Shown here: piece after piece, positions 53,062 through 64,000 of the stretch
Layout: every line of letters begins with the position of its first letter
Position numbering within the stretch: the stretch's first letter is position 1
Assembly: GCA_964255285.1 (NCBI GenBank)
Contig: CAXUUL010000017.1
Span: forward strand, 1 to 64,000
Reading direction: 5' to 3'
DNA length: 64,000 nucleotides
Source of the DNA: Ionaspis alba
Lineage: Eukaryota
The notes under the pieces: model-generated
Seen by the model: only the letters and a program-made list of their open reading frames with translations
Told to the model about the DNA's origin: nothing
The model's database searches: none
Position numbers and translations under genes: made by a program

Positions 53062-53463
53062 TGGCATGGAACACGTCAAAAAGCGAAATCGGGAGCGGCC
53101 TACGAGACGTCGTGGCGGCTCACCACGCGCGCCTTGAGGGCGGCATGGACGACGGGCGTGGAGAAGAATGGGCAGATTATGATAACGACACGACTATACC
53201 CCGAGAGCACGAGATGGATTTCAAATTCTCAAAAAGCAATTGCTTTCTCGATGACTTGAGCTGTTTTACTGCTACAGCACAGGAGCAATACCGAGATGCA
53301 GCAATGCAAGGCCGTAGCCCTAGGCTAGCTGCAAGATACCCCGTAAGAATACAGAAGAGGACGAATGTTCAGTCAGCAGCAGCAGTCATCGCTAGAAATT
53401 CGCACACGTGACACCCTTTGTCGTACACAGCTGTTAATGCTGATAAAAGCGATTCTCTGTGAC

Positions 53464-56400
53464 TCAAAAGCCGGGTGAGGTGATACCTCCACCAGGTGCT
53501 TGGAAGCCCCGAGGTCCTCCATAGGCAAGGCCGGCGCTAGAAGGCATAGGGCTGCCTATGTCTCCTGATACCAAGACGCCCCTAGGTCCCATCGACGAGT
53601 TGTGGTCGGGTTCGTACTTAACACAAATGCCCAGTCCAGCTTTCTCTGTGATATCGAACGATCCACCTCCGTTCTGTGAATTGCCCTCGGTCTCGCAGAT
53701 AGTGAGAAGCTCTCTCAACTGAATCGGAGCCTCGTGGGCAGGCTTGAGTAGATCGATTTGACGCAAAAGAGTGTCGATATTATGGTATCCATAACTGTCA
53801 CCGCTCTTGACCGGGCTGCTGTTGGTAAGCTGTTTGCATGCCTGGCACATCAACAGTCGAATTGTCCCTGATCGACGATTGGGAGCACCAATGATTCCGA
53901 ATGCGTTGTTATTTGACCATCCGGAACCTTGCAATCATTAGCTCATCCTCTAAGAAACACGCTTTAGGTTGAGTATTTACTAGGTGCAGTCGACCAGGTT
54001 GGCTGGTTCGACAGCGAGGGAGTACCAAATGGCATCGATGGCGCGCCCCAAGACATCCCACCTTGATTTCCGCGAGGAAAGTTTTCCATTTTCGCGGCTT
54101 AAGATGAAAATCAGCACACTAATGCACAGGGCAGTGAGTAGACTTACATCCAATGGGTTCGGGGAACATTGGCGACGCGCCATAGCCAAGTCTACCTGAT
54201 CTAGGTCCACCGGGTGCCATATTGGTTCGTCTGTCGTCGATGTTGGAGTTGAGCGGGTCATCAGTGTCGTCAAGTAGAGCACTACTTCCAAGGTGATTGC
54301 TAAGGTCGTCGATATCAGAATGCTTTGCTGGGTAGTCGTCTTGATGGGGTATACTGGAGGGTCTCTGAATTGGAGCAGGGCGAGCAATAGGCTGCGTTTG
54401 TGTCGTACCCGGCGCTTCAAAGCTATGCTTGTCGAAGGATGCAGACGTGTTTCTAGAATGAGAATGCGAAGGCATCGTGCCATGAACAGGCCCATGTTGG
54501 GGGCCACTATTACCGACGGCTCCGGAGCCGATTGGAGATTGAGCAGAGGCAAAATCCATAGGAGAGCCTCTTCCGGGAGGAGTGTGTCTGATCGCATTGA
54601 TACCGGGAGGAAAGGCCAGTCCGCTTGGAGCGGCGTAATTCCTGTATTGCGGTCCACTGAAAGATGGCTGTTGGGGATACAATGGGGGCTCGTGACCTAC
54701 AGGCATTCGTGACATCATTCCGGGCATGTTCTGCGGATAGCTGATAGGAAAAGCATTGCCTGTTATTGCAGGAGAGGTCAAGCTTCCTGGTAGCGATGCA
54801 AGACTTACACCTGGCGGAGGGCCAATGGGCAGATTCGGCGCTGTGGTCGGTAGTCCTTGACCAACCTTGACTGGCATAGGTGCATTGCTTTGCTGCTGAG
54901 ATATGGAGCTTGTTGGGGAGGTCGCCGAGCTTCCAGAAGGTATGGGAGCAGACTTTGGAGAAGACTGATGTGAATCTTGGAAGGACGTTTGCCGTGGCCG
55001 GACAGGTGTGGGAGCTTTGGGAATAGCAGGAGTTGCGACCTGTAAATGAGGAGAAGCATGGTTGCTGGAGGTAGGTTGGAGGCCAGGAGGATGTGATACG
55101 GTCGTGGAAGGCTTGCTGCGTGGAAGTGTGGGTACTGAGACTGGGACTGGCTGGGTAGCTTGTTTCGAAGCCTGCTCTTCTTTTTTGGCACGATCTTTTG
55201 CCTCCTTCTCAGCCTTCGCCTTCAATTCCCTATCTCGGCGCTCAGCCGCTTCACGCTCCTTTCTATCCTTGGCATCTCGTTCCTTCGCTTCCCGCTCCTC
55301 CCGTTCCCTTTTCTTGACCTCCTCCCGTTTCTTTCTCTCCTTCTCCTTCTGCTCCCGCTGCCTTCTCTCTAACTCTGCTTGCTGCTCCCGAGCCTCCTGT
55401 ATCTTCTTCTGTTTCTCGGCTTCTTTCCGTTGCCGCTCTTCGTCTTGTGCCTTCTTCTCTGCCTCTCGCTTCTTCCGCTGCTCTTCCTTCTTCTGCCGTT
55501 GTTCTTCGAGCTTCTGTTCCTCGATGATCTTTGCAGCAGCTTCTTCCTGGGCCTTTTCAGCCTCACGTTTGGCTTTTTCTTCGTCCTTGGCTTGTTTCTG
55601 TTTCTGTTTCTTCTCTTTCTTCTTCTGCGCTTCTTTTGCCTTCTTGGCCTCTCGTTGGGCATCCAAACGAGATTCGTCAGCCAGTTCCTCGAGAAGCTTT
55701 TCCTGACGTTCTCTCGCTACCTTCTCTCGATAAGCTGTGAGGACACGCTGTTCAAACATTCGGGCAGCAAATATTTGAAACATCCGACGTCCTTCCTCCA
55801 TCCGCTGCTCCTCAGTCATGGTCTCCTAATCTCCGTGAGCATTTATTCAGGGTTCATTCTAGGAGATCGGAGTACGCACCATCTCATCCTCATCATAGTC
55901 TTCATCCTCCTGACTATCATATTCGTCATCCTCGTCATCGTCGTAGTCCTCTTCGTCCGAAGGCGGGTTTGCATCATGATTCTGAGCGGATTGATGTCTT
56001 CCTGATGATGCATATTGTGCTTCTTCTTCCCGTTGCATACGACGTTCAGCCAGCTGTTCCATCATCTCAATGAACTTCTTCCCATCGTTCTTGAGAAGAT
56101 CGTCAGCCACCGTAAGTATGCCACCTAAACAGTGTCAGCAATTCTATAAGCATACCTGGAAACTCCATGGACTACCTTGCACGGTCAGACTATTCCCGAA
56201 ATTGAAGAAATCAGCTGCAGGACCCCTCGCTTGCTCTAACGGCTCGTCTTCGCTGTAGTCACCGTCTTCCTCATCTTCATCTTCTTCGCTGTAATCATCT
56301 TCCTCTTCAGCTTCATCGCCATGCTCCACGATCTCCTGTATCCGACCTCTCGCTGGACGTTGAGGATTTATTGGAGGACCTAGGTGACTAGGAGCTAATC

Positions 56401-57348
56401 TCGGAATTGAACGAGCGTAAGTTCCAGGCGAAGGCATGATGGGGGTCCCGTCTTCTAAGCTATATTGTTGATGATTCGCATATTGTTCCAGTTCTTCATA
56501 GTAAGCATCATACAACACCTCAAGCTCTTCCTCGATTGCTGTTCGCTTGCGGCCGCATACGGTACAACTGCAGGAATGTTTCTGTTGCTCCTTCATCTTC
56601 TTTAGAACCATATCCTTTTCCACTTTGACCAAAGACCGCCTTTCCGTCTCTTCCAGGGATAACCAGAACTCTTTGATTCTTTCCCGCTCCTCCGCCGTGG
56701 AGGTATTCCAGATCCGATCTTTCGATACCCTGTGTGCGGCGCGCACCGCCGCAGCGGACGTTGGAGCAGTCGACTGTAAAGGTGGTGGCGGAGGGGGAGG
56801 AGGTGGATGGAAGGCAGATGACGTTGGCAATTGCCCATGGCGGTGGTTGTATGCAGAGTGGTATTCATGTTGAGAATTTGACCTGGATTTGGTCTTCTTT
56901 TTCCTCTTTGACTTCCCATTTTGACCACCATTTGGAGCATGATCGGCACTTGGAGAATCAGTGAATAGACCGAGCAACAAAGGGACAAGGTTGCTCACTA
57001 CCGGCTATTTTCGTCGCTGTAATACTGGTCGTCTCCACCCCTGGTTTCGTAGAGGTCGTCCGCAACAGAAGGACCATACTCTAAGCCGTTCAAAGGTATC
57101 TGATCCAGAGACTCTGAACGGTTGTGGTTTGGATGAGGATGTGAGAGGTGACCATTCGGCGCAGGTGTTGGCCTCGAGGTTTGTTCTGCAGCGAGCCGGG
57201 CTGCCTGTTTTTCTCGTCTCTTCTGCTTCTTGCGATTGACCGCGTTTCCTTCAGAATTATTCGCGCCAGCAGTAGGTTCCGTCGGTGCACCCTTGTTATC
57301 CTGGTTCTGAGGAGCCGAAGGGGCAGAACGTTGAGTCGTTGGAGGCAT
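53464..57348 (-). CDS. NST1: Stress-response protein Nst1, 6 exons
   Basis: [95 protein letters not shown] and a long coiled coil. Confidence 0.93.
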
Positions 57349-58406
57349 GATAGAATGTTCAGTGTCCAAATAAATTGGAATATGGTGAGAATGAGGAGGC
57401 TCTTAGGCGAACTCCAGGAACAGCTTGAGTCGGTAAGCTACGGTGTGTCATGAACAGTTGGGGGAGTGTTGAAGGTGAGCCCCTCTAGGTTATGCTTCCC
57501 CACCAGCGGAACGCGACGTTCTTTCTCGGACGAGTCCAGAACTGGCAATGCAAGCTACTAGGATCCACATGAAAGTCGGACAAGCATATGTAAATCTGCT
57601 CTGTAAGTACTGGAAGTCGAAGACGGTTGTTGTGGTTTACAGCGTGAGACTTTGCCAGGTACCGCAAGTACACCCATAAGTCAAAAAGCGAGCGTCGTTT
57701 GGGGGAAGGTGGCGTGATGATTGGTTCGGTTTCCACGGCTCATTATGCAGGGTTATGCAAGCTAGTGCGACATGGAACTTAATCACAACCAGCGCCTTGT
57801 GGCAGTTCTGTATCGCTCTCCTCTTTACCCGTTTGCTCCTTACATCTTTCCACCGACATCTGTTTTTCTCCGGCCATTCGTCCAAATTAGCAATTCGACT
57901 CAACTGAATAATCACCACTCTTCCTACTGAAGCCGCAGCTCGATGACGTGAGCACTGATCGAGCTTTGCTCAGACCTACCACGACGTTGTGGACACTGCA
58001 GGCGGAGGTGGCTGATTGGCACTGGTGTCACCTTCACCAGCTGGCAACGAAGTGCTGGAAATCTCCAATCTTTGCGTTACGTTAAAGGAACCATCGTTGT
58101 CCTGCAATCCACACGACAGTCGTATTATTGGAGAGGTCAAGGTCTCAGCATCTATATTACCGAGACAAGCTTGCAGTCTCACTAAAAGCATCAAAATAGC
58201 GAATCGACTTGGCCTCGGACTTCTCTGTTTTCCTCTCCACATCTCGCCATACGCTTCAGACAAGGCATACAGACTTTCCCCTTCGGTCAAGGCGGTCTCT
58301 TCTCCTCCACTTCTCATTCCTTACCGAATCGGCGTTTAAGGTCCTTTCCGCTGTGCTCGATCATTCTACGAGAAGAGAGAAAGAGTCTGTACATAGGCGT
58401 TGAGCA

Positions 58407-59433
58407 ATGGCGCAGCAACAAGCTCAGAATGTCATGCGACGGTGAGTGGGACAGGCTATTTGAGGTCAAGGTCGCGTCTGTGTAGGACCGTGGCAATATT
58501 GCAACCCTATTTGCGGAAGAACATTGGCCGGACAAGTCAATTCCTATACTTCTCGTTCCATTTCTATAGCATTCGAGCCTCACGCAACAGTGCATGCAGA
58601 GCGAAATCCTCTCCCATTGTGCTATTCATCCACGATCGACATGAACTCATGGAACTAACGTTTCATACCATCAAGGAAACTGGTCATAATAGGTGATGGT
58701 GCCTGCGGCAAGACCTCTCTTCTCAGCGTATTTACATTGGGTTATTTTCCTACAGTATGTCATACCTTAGCCGTGGACTGAGGGAAAAGCTAATTGTCTC
58801 CAGCATTACGTGAGGCCATCCTTTCTAATGGATCTTGTGGATTCTTACTCCCATCCCATTCGATCTTGAACAATTCTTACAAAGGCATTTTTCAGGTTCC
58901 AACTGTATTCGAAAACTATGTCACAGATTGTCGTGTGGATGGCAAATCTGTTCAACTAGCTCTATGGGATACAGCTGGTCAAGAAGACTACGAACGACTA
59001 AGGCCACTGGCCTACTCAAAAGCACATGTCATTCTCATCGGCTTTTCGATAGACACACCAGATTCGCTCGACAATGTGAAACACAAGGTATGTACAAGTC
59101 CCTTGCCTCCTCTGAAACAAGGAGCTTAGTCCAGACCAATAGTGGGTCGAGGAGGCGACCGACCGATGTCCGAATGTCCCAATAATTCTCGTCGGTCTCA
59201 AGAAGGATACCAGAGAAGACCCTCTGGTTCAAGAAGAAATGCGAAAGAAATCGCTTCGTTTCACATCTACAAAGGACGGTAATGATGTCGCCCATGAGAT
59301 CGGAGCGAGGAAATACCTAGAGTGCTCGTCACTCACAGGCGAGGGTGTTGACGACGTCTTCGAGGCCGCTACCCGAGCTGCCCTTTTAACGTTTGAGAAG
59401 GGCGAGCGGGGTGGTTGCTGTGTGATTCTATAA
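58407..59433 (+). CDS. RHO2: Rho2 GTPase, 5 exons including a 6-nt micro-exon
   Basis: Exons 58407-58441, 58676-58754, 58804-58809, 58896-59087 and 59143-59433: [56 protein letters not shown], C-terminal CCVIL. Confidence 0.96.
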
Positions 59434-60543
59434 GCTGGGATGTCTGCGATGATTGCGATGTGTACGAAGCGAAAAATTCGACATAGGACTGGGTTTTGGG
59501 CCGTCCTTGTATTCCAGCTAATTTTTGTTTTTCTGCTTTCCTTGCTCTGCATTCGTGGCGTTAGACGTGGGCCTTAGTGATCTCAAGGAGGCCTTGATTG
59601 TGCCTGGATGGTTGCCATCCGGAGGGGTAGCAAGATAATCAGTCGGTGCTTTCCGTAGTAGCAGAGACTCAAATACAATGACATAGACTTATTTAAACCA
59701 TACTCATGTGCTGCATATTCTGGAAGAAGGAACTTGGCCGAGCTTGCTGTCATCTAGGAGCTGTCATCCAGGAGCTGGAGTCCTACAGATCATGTGATTG
59801 GCAAACACAGCCATGCCAGCCATGCCGTCTGATGAATGATCTCTTCACAGCGAAACGAATGGACCAGATCTTAGTGCCACGTTCGGACATCACATAGAAG
59901 AACCAAATCTGTTTTCGGGTTCTGGTTTGCTACTTCCACTGTGTTGTCGAATGAGCTAGGCTCAAAAGCGCTGAGTTTTGCAGTTAAATCTAGTCATGCT
60001 CCACCCTTCACGAGAATAGTACTGAGAGCTTGTACCAGTGAATCGAAGCTCATCGTGACAACCATCGCCTCCAATGCGAGAACTCGGCCTGCATTTAACG
60101 CTTGATCTAGTTCTTTCCTTCGGAAGTGGTCAAATGACCTGCTGTCAGCAGAATCGACTGCAAAGGTGCGTTTCCTTGCATATAAAGTGTTGATGAGAAC
60201 TACAGAGCGGAAGAAAATGACTCCTCCACCACCAATTAGGCTTACAAGCCTGTAAATGTTGTTAAACAAGTTCTCCATTTGAAAAGCTTTCCTCGACGCT
60301 TCCTGAATCAATTCACTTGAGACAGCTTCCTTCCGAGCGTCGACATCCAGGTTTCTGATCAAGAAAAGTAACCCATGAGGCGTGAAATCAACGCCAGCCG
60401 GCTAGGAACGGATTCCAGTCTAGGCTTCAAATCTCCTCGTCGCTCATCTCGCTCGAGGTGATTAGGAGATACTTTGGATTTCGACCCGAAGCTCTCACAT
60501 GCCCTTGAGGAGGAGCAAGGAGCTCAATCAAAGGTGCCTAGCA

Positions 60544-60753
60544 GCTTCTCTTTCATAACTCAGAAGATCAAGAAACATGCCAATGAAGTTCTGTCGTTNN
60601 NNNNNNNNNNNNNNNNNNNNNNNNNNNNNNNNNNNNNNNNNNNNNNNNNNNNNNNNNNNNNNNNNNNNNNNNNNNNNNNNNNNNNNNNNNNNNNNNNNGC
60701 TTCTCTTTCATAACTCAGAAGATCAAGAAACATGCCAATGAAGTTCTGTCGTT
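60544..60753. other. Scaffold gap (100 N, 60599-60698) flanked by an exact 55-bp duplication
   Basis: 60544-60598 equals 60699-60753. Confidence 0.95.
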
Positions 60754-60758
60754 TTCAT

Positions 60759-62207
60759 CTAAAGCTTGAAATCCACATTGTTCCTTTCCCAGCCCACATC
60801 GGTCCCTCCGGTGCCTGCAACCTTCGTTGCTAGTTCCATCTTTAGGCTCTTCGCCCGATCCGTACAGAGCTCAAATACTGTGGACAGATTGAATAGCAAA
60901 GTGTGAAAGGAGTAGCCTTTGGAGACCAGCGAATCCAGCGTTAAGCGTGCTGCGTCAAGTTTGCCCGTATACAGAAGACATACTGCCAAATTCTGAGTAA
61001 CTAAAGGATCCAGCATATGGGTCTTGGTTTCCTTCGAAGCAGCAAACTGTGACGCAGCACTTTCATAGTCCCCTTCAGCCATGCTGAGTAATGGTATCAG
61101 AGCCTCCGCATACTTCTCCTGATTGGAACCCTCCTTAGCCACGATGTATCTCCTTGCCTTTTCTAAGTTTCCAATCCGCAGCCACAGCAGACCTAGTCTC
61201 CCTCGCATCATCTCTCCTTCTTCTCCTTCAGCCGCTAGAGTTTCTAAGTGTCGGCACGCTCCTACCAAGTCTCCCATCTCGACAAGCGCATTGGCAACCC
61301 TGGTGCCCAGATCTCTCAGTCGATCTTTCCATATCGATCTTTCTTCTCCCTTTGTTCTTCCAACCTCGCCTCTTGCATCACGCGCCAGTTCATAGTATGC
61401 CATCACAGCTCTTGCATCTTGCTTCTCTGCCAATAGCAGCCGGACGGCCAATACGCGCAACTCCCAAGGCACCAGATGTGTGCCCGTCTCCGGGTGACGA
61501 TAAAAGGTTGAGTTGAGGTCTTCAAGACATTTCGCTTCTTGTGCCGCAAGTGGAGTGGCGTTGATGAGGGTCAAACAGGCGAGTCGAGTGTAGAGGAGGG
61601 AGAAAATTTCAGACTCGGTGGGAGGCGCTGGCTGACGCGTCAGGAGAGCAGCAGCTTTAGTGGCGGCGAGGCGGAATTGACCTGAGCCAAGGAGTGTGGA
61701 AAGAGGAGCTGTGATATCGGGGATCTGTGGAGCGGTACGGAAAGGCAGAGGGACATCCTAATTCATGAAAATGAGGATTGGGACTGAAACGCAGAGAAAG
61801 AACGTACGTATTGAGTGAGGGGATGATAGATTTCTGGGCGAAGGAGGTAGCTGTAGTCTCTGGGTGGAGGTGAGAGCACCGCCAAGCTGGCTGTGGGTGA
61901 TGACTGCTTTGTGGCATCCGGTGATATAGGTAACGGTGACTTCGGCCTATGTTTGACTGGAGCTGCAGCGTCATCTACTGCTAGTGGACTGCGGACATCA
62001 ATTGGTGTGCTTGTGGACCGTGGAAGTGAGATGCGGCTTACTCGTCTGCTTCTAGCGGTCCTGTCGTTATCTTCCTTGTGAGAGCAGCTGTGTCAGTCAT
62101 CAGCCACTGAGATATAGGTCTATATGTGATGCCATCGTCGAACCTCGATTATGCGATACATGTCTACTGTCTCTCTTGGAGCCGACTTGGCTCTCTTGCT
62201 GCTCCAT
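60759..62207 (-). CDS. TPR-repeat protein, TRAPPC12/TTC15-like; 5' exons tentative
   Basis: HLVPWELRVLAVRL, QNLAVCLLYTGKL, LLFNLSTVFEL, C-terminal DFKL. Upstream exons read TTGPLEADDPL and YLLRPEIYHPL; the first donor is weak. Confidence 0.75.
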
Positions 62208-62445
62208 CACTCGCCCAGGGCGTGTTATATGATGTGGATGACAGTGGACGAGAGAAGACACATAAATCGCTCCTCGGACCGTTGAGATAGACAGCTCACT
62301 CGCATATGCTTTCGCTACCAAATCTATACCTATGCATGCTCCAGTCAATGCCACGGAATACGATTGGACTACATGAAATAGGCATCAGCCTAGCAATGCT
62401 CTGTAGCACAATCAAGCATTTGTAGCCGGTGGAGAAGAGTCTCTC

Positions 62446-62545
62446 NNNNNNNNNNNNNNNNNNNNNNNNNNNNNNNNNNNNNNNNNNNNNNNNNNNNNNN
62501 NNNNNNNNNNNNNNNNNNNNNNNNNNNNNNNNNNNNNNNNNNNNN
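62446..62545. other. Scaffold gap (100 N), no flanking duplication
   Basis: N run. Confidence 0.98.
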
Positions 62546-62846
62546 GAGGCATGTGCTGGGGTATGCCATCGCTAATTACCCGCCACGCCGAAGACCTCGA
62601 CAACACACTTCTGCGACTCCCATCTCTCAATCCACGGCCTTCCTTATTGCATTGGCACCTTTTGTCCAAAGTGCTGTACGGTTTGTTGCTGCAGGCTCAT
62701 TCAACTGGCACACAAACGTAACTTGAACGTTACCTTACGACCAACGCCTGGTCCTATCCATTACATCCACATAAACATTGCAATTCATACCTTCTTGTAC
62801 ATTACTGCAACACTATCCTCGAGAAACGTTCTCTGATTCTGCCAGT

Positions 62847-64000
62847 ATGGCAACCACCCCACCTCTCCGCTCTTCAGCGCGAACACCTCCGGCCCCTTTG
62901 TACGGCGCCAAATACGATTCGTACGAACCCTACACCATTCGTAAGAGTACGCGATTCTCAGCACAACGCGCCGCGAGAACACCCTCTCCAAATGGCCATC
63001 GCCTTCATCCACAATCCAAAAGCTCTTCAAGATCAGGAAAATCAGCTACAGTAGTGCCGACAACAAATCCTTATTCACCACCGTCTTCGGCCCAGGCCTC
63101 ACCTCAGAAGAAGACCCGCAAGACCGCATATCTAGGGTTGGAAAACAAGCCAATTAGCACCACCCAAGACCGTGGCCACAAAAAACCTGAAATCCCGCAG
63201 GCCGCCAACTCCACTCTCAAATCAAACCAAACCAACCTCGTACCAAACATGCTTCCAACACCAGTGAAGACGCCTCGCAAGAAGCAGGCACAAACGACTG
63301 TCACCTCAACCGCTCGAATCCTCTTTCCAAATCGTCCTGATAATGTCGATGAAGCGATGCCAACACCCCACAAGCGAAAGAGCAAGAGACATGTGGGATT
63401 CTCTCTGGGCAGCTTCTGTGAAGATGACGACGCAAGTTCGGATGGAAAGATTGAGATATACACAGATTCGAAAGACAAGCTCCCGGAGATAGATGAGGCT
63501 GAGGACAACCCTTTCTATGAGAAGCCCTCCGGACAACCCCCTTCAACGAATCGAAGCACCAAGCGAAGAAAGGTTAGCAACAAGATCGACCACAGCGAGG
63601 AGGTTCAGGAGGCTCTTGCCCGTAACGAAGGCATGGTCTACGTATTGTAAGCATTGCTAGTAACTGTTTGCCTCGACGACGTCACGAGCTAACCATCCGT
63701 AGTCGTGGTAAAAGGATCTTTCGCAAATTCGCAGTCTCGCCTGACGGGTCAGGGTCGTCACCCATCGGTCTTGACACTGGTGCTTCTACTTCTATTCACA
63801 TCGAAGCCGACGAGTCTCCTCATTCAAAGCACTTCACTCGCTCGTCCATCAAGCCACGTCTTCTCTTTCCAAGCACCAAACAATCTCGGAACGACGAGCC
63901 CGACATGGAGAACACCGATGAGGAAGCTGTCACAGACATCGAAGATCGCCATCCGGCACACGGCGGGATCACAGAAGTCGCGCCAGATACCGAAGAAGAG
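62847..64000 (+). CDS. Conserved hypothetical protein rich in TP/SP motifs, runs off the window
   Basis: MATTPPLR...YDSYEPY, MLPTPVKTPRKK, IEIYTDSKDKLPE, GMVYVF|RGKRIFRKF (intron 63647-63702), TRSSIKPRLLFP. Confidence 0.78.

Noticed and set aside
55062..56005. Long + strand ORFs opposite NST1, and similar antisense ORFs across the window
   Set aside because: Shadow ORFs caused by low-complexity Lys/Glu/Arg coding on the real strand.
60759..60770. C-terminal FKL of the TPR protein as PTS1; stop-codon readthrough in other genes
   Set aside because: FKL is a poor PTS1 match, and none of the stop codons I checked has the TGA-CTA readthrough context.

Overview
Gene-dense eukaryotic DNA from a filamentous ascomycete (Pezizomycotina; inferred from short GT-AG introns with CTRAY branch sites and the gene content). 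I reconstructed 25 protein-coding genes, mostly spliced housekeeping genes: a Pch1-like cyclin (partial), DUF1765 protein, ATP14, DAP1, VPS35, a secreted Ser/Thr-rich protein, an F-box-like protein, an IZH/PAQR receptor, a PCI-like protein, an SDR, a Pth11-like receptor, Ran1/Pat1-like kinase, PRP4 kinase, TMA7, TFIIB, an M28 glutamate carboxypeptidase, a DUF1749 hydrolase, DUO1, NST1, RHO2, a TRAPPC12-like TPR protein and several conserved unknowns. There are six 100-N scaffold gaps; four are flanked by exact 55-bp duplications (assembly artefact). I found no intact transposon, tRNA, rRNA, CRISPR array or biosynthetic cluster, and no confidently novel system. The best leads are the two long gene-free flanks of the Ran1-like kinase (a dense CAGTAC cluster, paired telomere-like TTAGGG motifs that could mark a ncRNA, and a B-box/hairpin element), a 1-nt frameshift at the IZH C-terminus, a required GC-AG intron, a PTS2-bearing SDR with a possible poison splice donor, and micro-exons in RHO2 and VPS35. 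All family calls come from recognising motifs, not from database searches.
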